This document shows positions 26,528 to 29,885 of a stretch of 29,885 nt of DNA, in pieces. This stretch comes from Theionarchaea archaeon (GTDB lineage Archaea; Methanobacteriota_B; Thermococci; Methanofastidiosales; SZ-28-30), in assembly GCA_018992685.1 (NCBI GenBank), contig JACVGT010000028.1, positions 1 to 29,885 on the forward strand. The letters are read 5' to 3'. Position numbers and translations under genes: made by a program. Each line of letters opens with the position of its first letter. Within the stretch, counting starts at the first letter, position 1. The notes beneath the pieces are model-generated. The model was not told where the DNA came from. It worked only from the letters and a program-made list of their open reading frames with translations, and did not search any database.

Positions 26528-28741
26528 CTAGATCAGCTGAAGGGTGGGATCACCAAATAACACAAAGCAGCTCCAGGCAATATTATGAGTGGCAAAGGCA
26601 TGCTCTTTTGCTTTCCGCAGGGCCTCTCCCAGGGTATGGTGATGGAGACAGTTGGTGTAAAAATCCACTGCCAGACGGGCCGCTGCCACATCATGAACAT
26701 CCCAGAGACTGCCCAGATATCCCAGGGCCCCTCCCTGCAGGAATGCTCCTGCCAGAGAAGTCGCCAGAACCCCTGCTGATCTACATCCATTAACAAAGAC
26801 AAGCGGGGCTCCTGCAAGGTGACGCAATATGACATTCCCTTTCAGCACGCCATCTGACAGATCGAGTCCATGTTCAGTGACGTGTCCCGCATAATGGATA
26901 ATGGTATATCCTGAGTGCAGTCGTGCTCTCACGGTTTCTGTTGTGGCTTCCTCCTGTTTAATATAATCAACAGTATCTATGAGCCGACTCAACGATTCAG
27001 CCAGGTAATCACACTCGCGCACAGCCTCTCCCAGGGTGCTGTCAGGATCAGCTATGACTAATGCCCTGTTCTTTTCCACCTCCTGGGGCAGATTGAGAAC
27101 CAGCGGGCCATGCACCCGGAGACGGCGTCCAATCCCATATTGGAGGGCAAAAAAGGTTTGATCCCACATGAGCTCAAAAGGAACATCAACCAGATCTGTT
27201 TCCAGCACAAGGTGAGAAATGTCAGGAACCCGGTATGATGATTCACTGAGCACACTCTCAAATAGAGATTCCCCTTTTTGCTTTAAGATGTCAAGAACAG
27301 GGGGATTATCCACCGTGTACGTTCTCAGATATGCAAGGGTACCCAAAGCAGATTTCATGACTGAGTTGATATCATATGCCTTCTGCTGAAGTTCATTCAC
27401 AGAACAGGTGGTGACAGATGGTACGACTGCAGAAAGTGTTCCTCCTGCAGGCTCCAGAGACACTTCTACCTTATCGCCCCGTGACATCACAGAGAGCAAT
27501 ACCGATTTGGGGACTCTCACTCTTCTCTTCCCCAGAATGTATTCCAACAGGTCTCGATCTCTTTCTGGAAGTTCTGTCCTTACGAGGTCAAACTTCTCAG
27601 TGAAGGCATCCATCTCTGCTGAGGGCTGCAATCCATAAACGAGCCCCTTTGGACTTTCGTAAACCGACAATTCGCCCTCCTCTTTGAGCTCATTAAGCAG
27701 TGGAAAGGTGTCTTCAAGTTTCAGTCCCAGCCTATCTGCCACTATCTCTGGTTCCAGTACATATTCATTTCTACTCCATGTAACAATGTCCTTACGCCAC
27801 TGCTGCACTTGCTCTTCCCTGCTCTGCAAGTACTGGCTGACTGGGATGAGGACAATCGGCGTCATTAAAGCCCAGAAGAGGAGCTCAATCACAGAGCACG
27901 CACGGAAAACTCCTGCAGGAGAATAGCCTAACACGAGATCACCGCAGAAGGATGTCGATTTCACAGGGCGAAAGGGAAGAGGATTGGGTAGAAAACGCTT
28001 CATACGTTGAAAATCCAGCTCAGATCCTCTGAGAAATTCCAGGACTGCAAACACAAACGGAGGAAGAAGTATGAAAATGAGAACCCACCCATCCGTTCGC
28101 ACCATGTAGTACAGGACAGCAACAGGAATTCCCATACTGAAGACTACATCACGTCTGTAGCTCACCTGAAATCGCGTAATCGCAACAAGTATTCCCATGA
28201 CCCATGCCCAGAAAATCGTGAAAATCATGGCCACCTCCAGGTATCCTCTGTTCGTTATCACGTGGACGAAGTCAACAAGAATCACACAGGAGAGAATGGC
28301 TATTAACTTGTGACCAACAATATAGTGGTGTTCTTGCCGGTAATACCAGCGAGAAATCAAGAAAAAGATCAGGACAGAGCTGAGACGTACCAGGCGATCA
28401 TCTGTAGTCCCCAGTGATCCTCTGAGGAGATTCTGGATTATGATTGTCCCACCAATGGCCAAACTCCCCAGGAAGGAGAGTACAAATAGATAGAATGAAA
28501 TGTACGTTGTCTCAAAAAACCGGTGATGCGTGTGATGATAGAACTGGTGGTGTTTGGTATGCGCTTTCACCAGGGCCTGGGGGGTGGGACGTTTTCTGGA
28601 ACGAAGAAATCGAGTCCACAGTCTGTGAACAGAGAACACGTCATCTATGATCACAGCAGCAGCAAGGATTCCCGCCCCAAGAAGAATAACTGCAAACTGA
28701 AACTCCTCCTCGCTCATGATTCTTTGTGACAGTTGCATCAT
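26528..28741 (-). CDS. Multi-TM membrane protein with central wHTH and C-terminal CHAT (caspase-like) protease domain
   Basis: About 8 hydrophobic helices; EIVADRLGLKLEDTFPLLNELKEEGEL HTH; CHAT motifs VPFELM, IIHYAGH, VFVNGC, YLGSLWDV, FVLFGDP. Confidence 0.82.
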   Translation of the reverse strand: MMQLSQRIMSEEEFQFAVILLGAGILAAAVIIDDVFSVHRLWTRFLRSRKRPTPQALVKAHTKHHQFYHHTHHRFFETTYISFYLFVLSFLGSLAIGGTIIIQNLLRGSLGTTDDRLVRLSSVLIFFLISRWYYRQEHHYIVGHKLIAILSCVILVDFVHVITNRGYLEVAMIFTIFWAWVMGILVAITRFQVSYRRDVVFSMGIPVAVLYYMVRTDGWVLIFILLPPFVFAVLEFLRGSELDFQRMKRFLPNPLPFRPVKSTSFCGDLVLGYSPAGVFRACSVIELLFWALMTPIVLIPVSQYLQSREEQVQQWRKDIVTWSRNEYVLEPEIVADRLGLKLEDTFPLLNELKEEGELSVYESPKGLVYGLQPSAEMDAFTEKFDLVRTELPERDRDLLEYILGKRRVRVPKSVLLSVMSRGDKVEVSLEPAGGTLSAVVPSVTTCSVNELQQKAYDINSVMKSALGTLAYLRTYTVDNPPVLDILKQKGESLFESVLSESSYRVPDISHLVLETDLVDVPFELMWDQTFFALQYGIGRRLRVHGPLVLNLPQEVEKNRALVIADPDSTLGEAVRECDYLAESLSRLIDTVDYIKQEEATTETVRARLHSGYTIIHYAGHVTEHGLDLSDGVLKGNVILRHLAGAPLVFVNGCRSAGVLATSLAGAFLQGGALGYLGSLWDVHDVAAARLAVDFYTNCLHHHTLGEALRKAKEHAFATHNIAWSCFVLFGDPTLQLI

Positions 28742-28851
28742 AAGAACCTTTGCCAGCGAGCGAGTGATATATTCTAAACTATACTGTTGATTACCCAGTC
28801 AGGGAGCACGGCACGACTACTACGCCTGCAGAAATGCCACCCTGATATCAC

Positions 28852-29601
28852 TTATGTTGTGGGACCTTCTGTAAAAAGTTCTTCATTATATACTTCAATT
28901 CCAGAGTTGGTAATCTTCAATGGGCGCATGTCTTCATCAAACCCTGTCCCTCGCATTTTCTGAATCTCGATCGCCCTTCGCTTTCTCCCGCTCTCGATAA
29001 AGGTGTGCATCTTCAAGACTCCATCGCTGATGTAGTTCTCCAGGCTGGGGGTGTCTTCTGTGGTCTCTGATGTAAGAAGACAGGTACATCCTGATTCTAT
29101 CAGAAATTCCATCAATCTAAAAAGCATCCGTCTCTTCTTGACCTCATCTCCATAGAACATCTTGAGAGTGCTGAGGGAATCCAGGGCAATCCTCCTGGTA
29201 CTTGGCTTCAAGGCAGAAGATATAAGTCTTGTGACACTGGGCAGGTTGATAATCACATCAGTCTCCGTCACTAATTCCTTCTTCTGGGAACCCGTGCCCA
29301 GAACAGCGTCTAGCCGGGGTCCTGGTTCACGCCTGGGAGTATGTTCAACAGGATTAATAAAGGTTATCTGATTAAGATCCCATCCAAAGGTCTCAATATT
29401 TCTTTGTATCCGTTCTTTGCTCTCACCCAGCGAAAGGAAAATACCGTCTTCACCATCCATTACCCCGCGCATGAGAAACTGAATGGATAGAATTGTCTTT
29501 CCTGAACCTGGTCCTCCTGCTACAATGATGGCACTGTTCTCTGGAAATCCGCCACTGAACATCCTGTCGAGGCCAACAACGCCGGTTGGAACTTTTTTCA
29601 T
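28852..29601 (-). CDS. Single-domain KaiC-like (RecA superfamily) ATPase
   Basis: VPTGVVGLD, GGPGSGKT, IALDSLS, LLTSE, IQKMRGT. Confidence 0.9.
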   Translation of the reverse strand: MKKVPTGVVGLDRMFSGGFPENSAIIVAGGPGSGKTILSIQFLMRGVMDGEDGIFLSLGESKERIQRNIETFGWDLNQITFINPVEHTPRREPGPRLDAVLGTGSQKKELVTETDVIINLPSVTRLISSALKPSTRRIALDSLSTLKMFYGDEVKKRRMLFRLMEFLIESGCTCLLTSETTEDTPSLENYISDGVLKMHTFIESGRKRRAIEIQKMRGTGFDEDMRPLKITNSGIEVYNEELFTEGPTT

Positions 29602-29742
29602 GGAGCATTTTGTGGTTGATTCTATTTAAGGTTTTGTGTCAGCACTCAAGATCTTCATCATCGATTAACTCAGCAGGGTTCTCTCATCATGCTAATAGTT
29701 CCGAGGGGTCTCACGTTATAAAGGTACTGTCACTGAGAACGG

Positions 29743-29885
29743 TGTAATATCACCAGACATGGGTGACACTTTTGACACCACACATAGGTAACACTTCTTA
29801 TAAGTCTCATGGCAACCGCTCCTCATATCTCGCGTGAGGCGTTGCACCGTTGATGCCCATGTGAGACCTTTCGTGATTGTAGTAG
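29743..29885 (-). mobile_element. Right end of an IS481-like insertion sequence (truncated by window edge)
   Basis: Terminal TGT at 29743, two 21-bp subterminal direct repeats (29751-29771 and 29776-29796, 18/21 identical), immediately after a transposase stop. Confidence 0.7.
29807..29884 (-). CDS. C-terminus of an rve/integrase-core DDE transposase (partial)
   Basis: ...YYNHERSHMGINGATPHARYEERLP* matches the YNxxRxHxx(L/I)xGxTP motif of IS3/IS481 transposases. Confidence 0.8.
   Translation of the reverse strand, partial: YYNHERSHMGINGATPHARYEERLP

Noticed and set aside
29730-29810. 26-aa minus-strand ORF with CQKC (MRLIRSVTYVWCQKCHP...)
   Set aside because: It spans the IS terminal repeats and crosses the element end, so it is probably incidental

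Overview
Archaeal chromosomal segment. Evidence: BRE/TATA promoters, class I LysRS, Pelota, Hjc, Gar1, SRP54, SepF, ZPR1 and DGGGP synthase. Gene content and style suggest a Theionarchaea/Thermococci-related euryarchaeon (inference only). Housekeeping genes are interleaved with accessory loci: (1) a cassette between pelota and the UbiA gene made of an unannotated 37-aa peptide ORF, a divergent tandem wHTH (Lrp-like) regulator, a coupled PUA-less tRNA-guanine transglycosylase paralogue and a candidate ~70-nt sRNA with its own promoter, a Shine-Dalgarno sequence with no start codon, and a terminator; (2) an unannotated 32-aa signal-peptide-like ORF whose promoter is 36/41 identical to that of a large secreted metalloprotease 19 kb away, both carrying a TATTG-N5-CAATA palindrome, with degenerate copies at sepF and at the adjacent wHTH gene; (3) an ArsR-GyrI fusion with an internal RBS, an orphan PAS/GAF histidine kinase, a 34-aa triple-CxxC protein, a Tat-less reductive dehalogenase homologue, a membrane-wHTH-CHAT (caspase-like) protein beside a KaiC-like ATPase, and the end of an IS481-like element at the window edge. 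No rRNA, tRNA or CRISPR array was seen. All calls come from reading motifs by eye; no searches were run.
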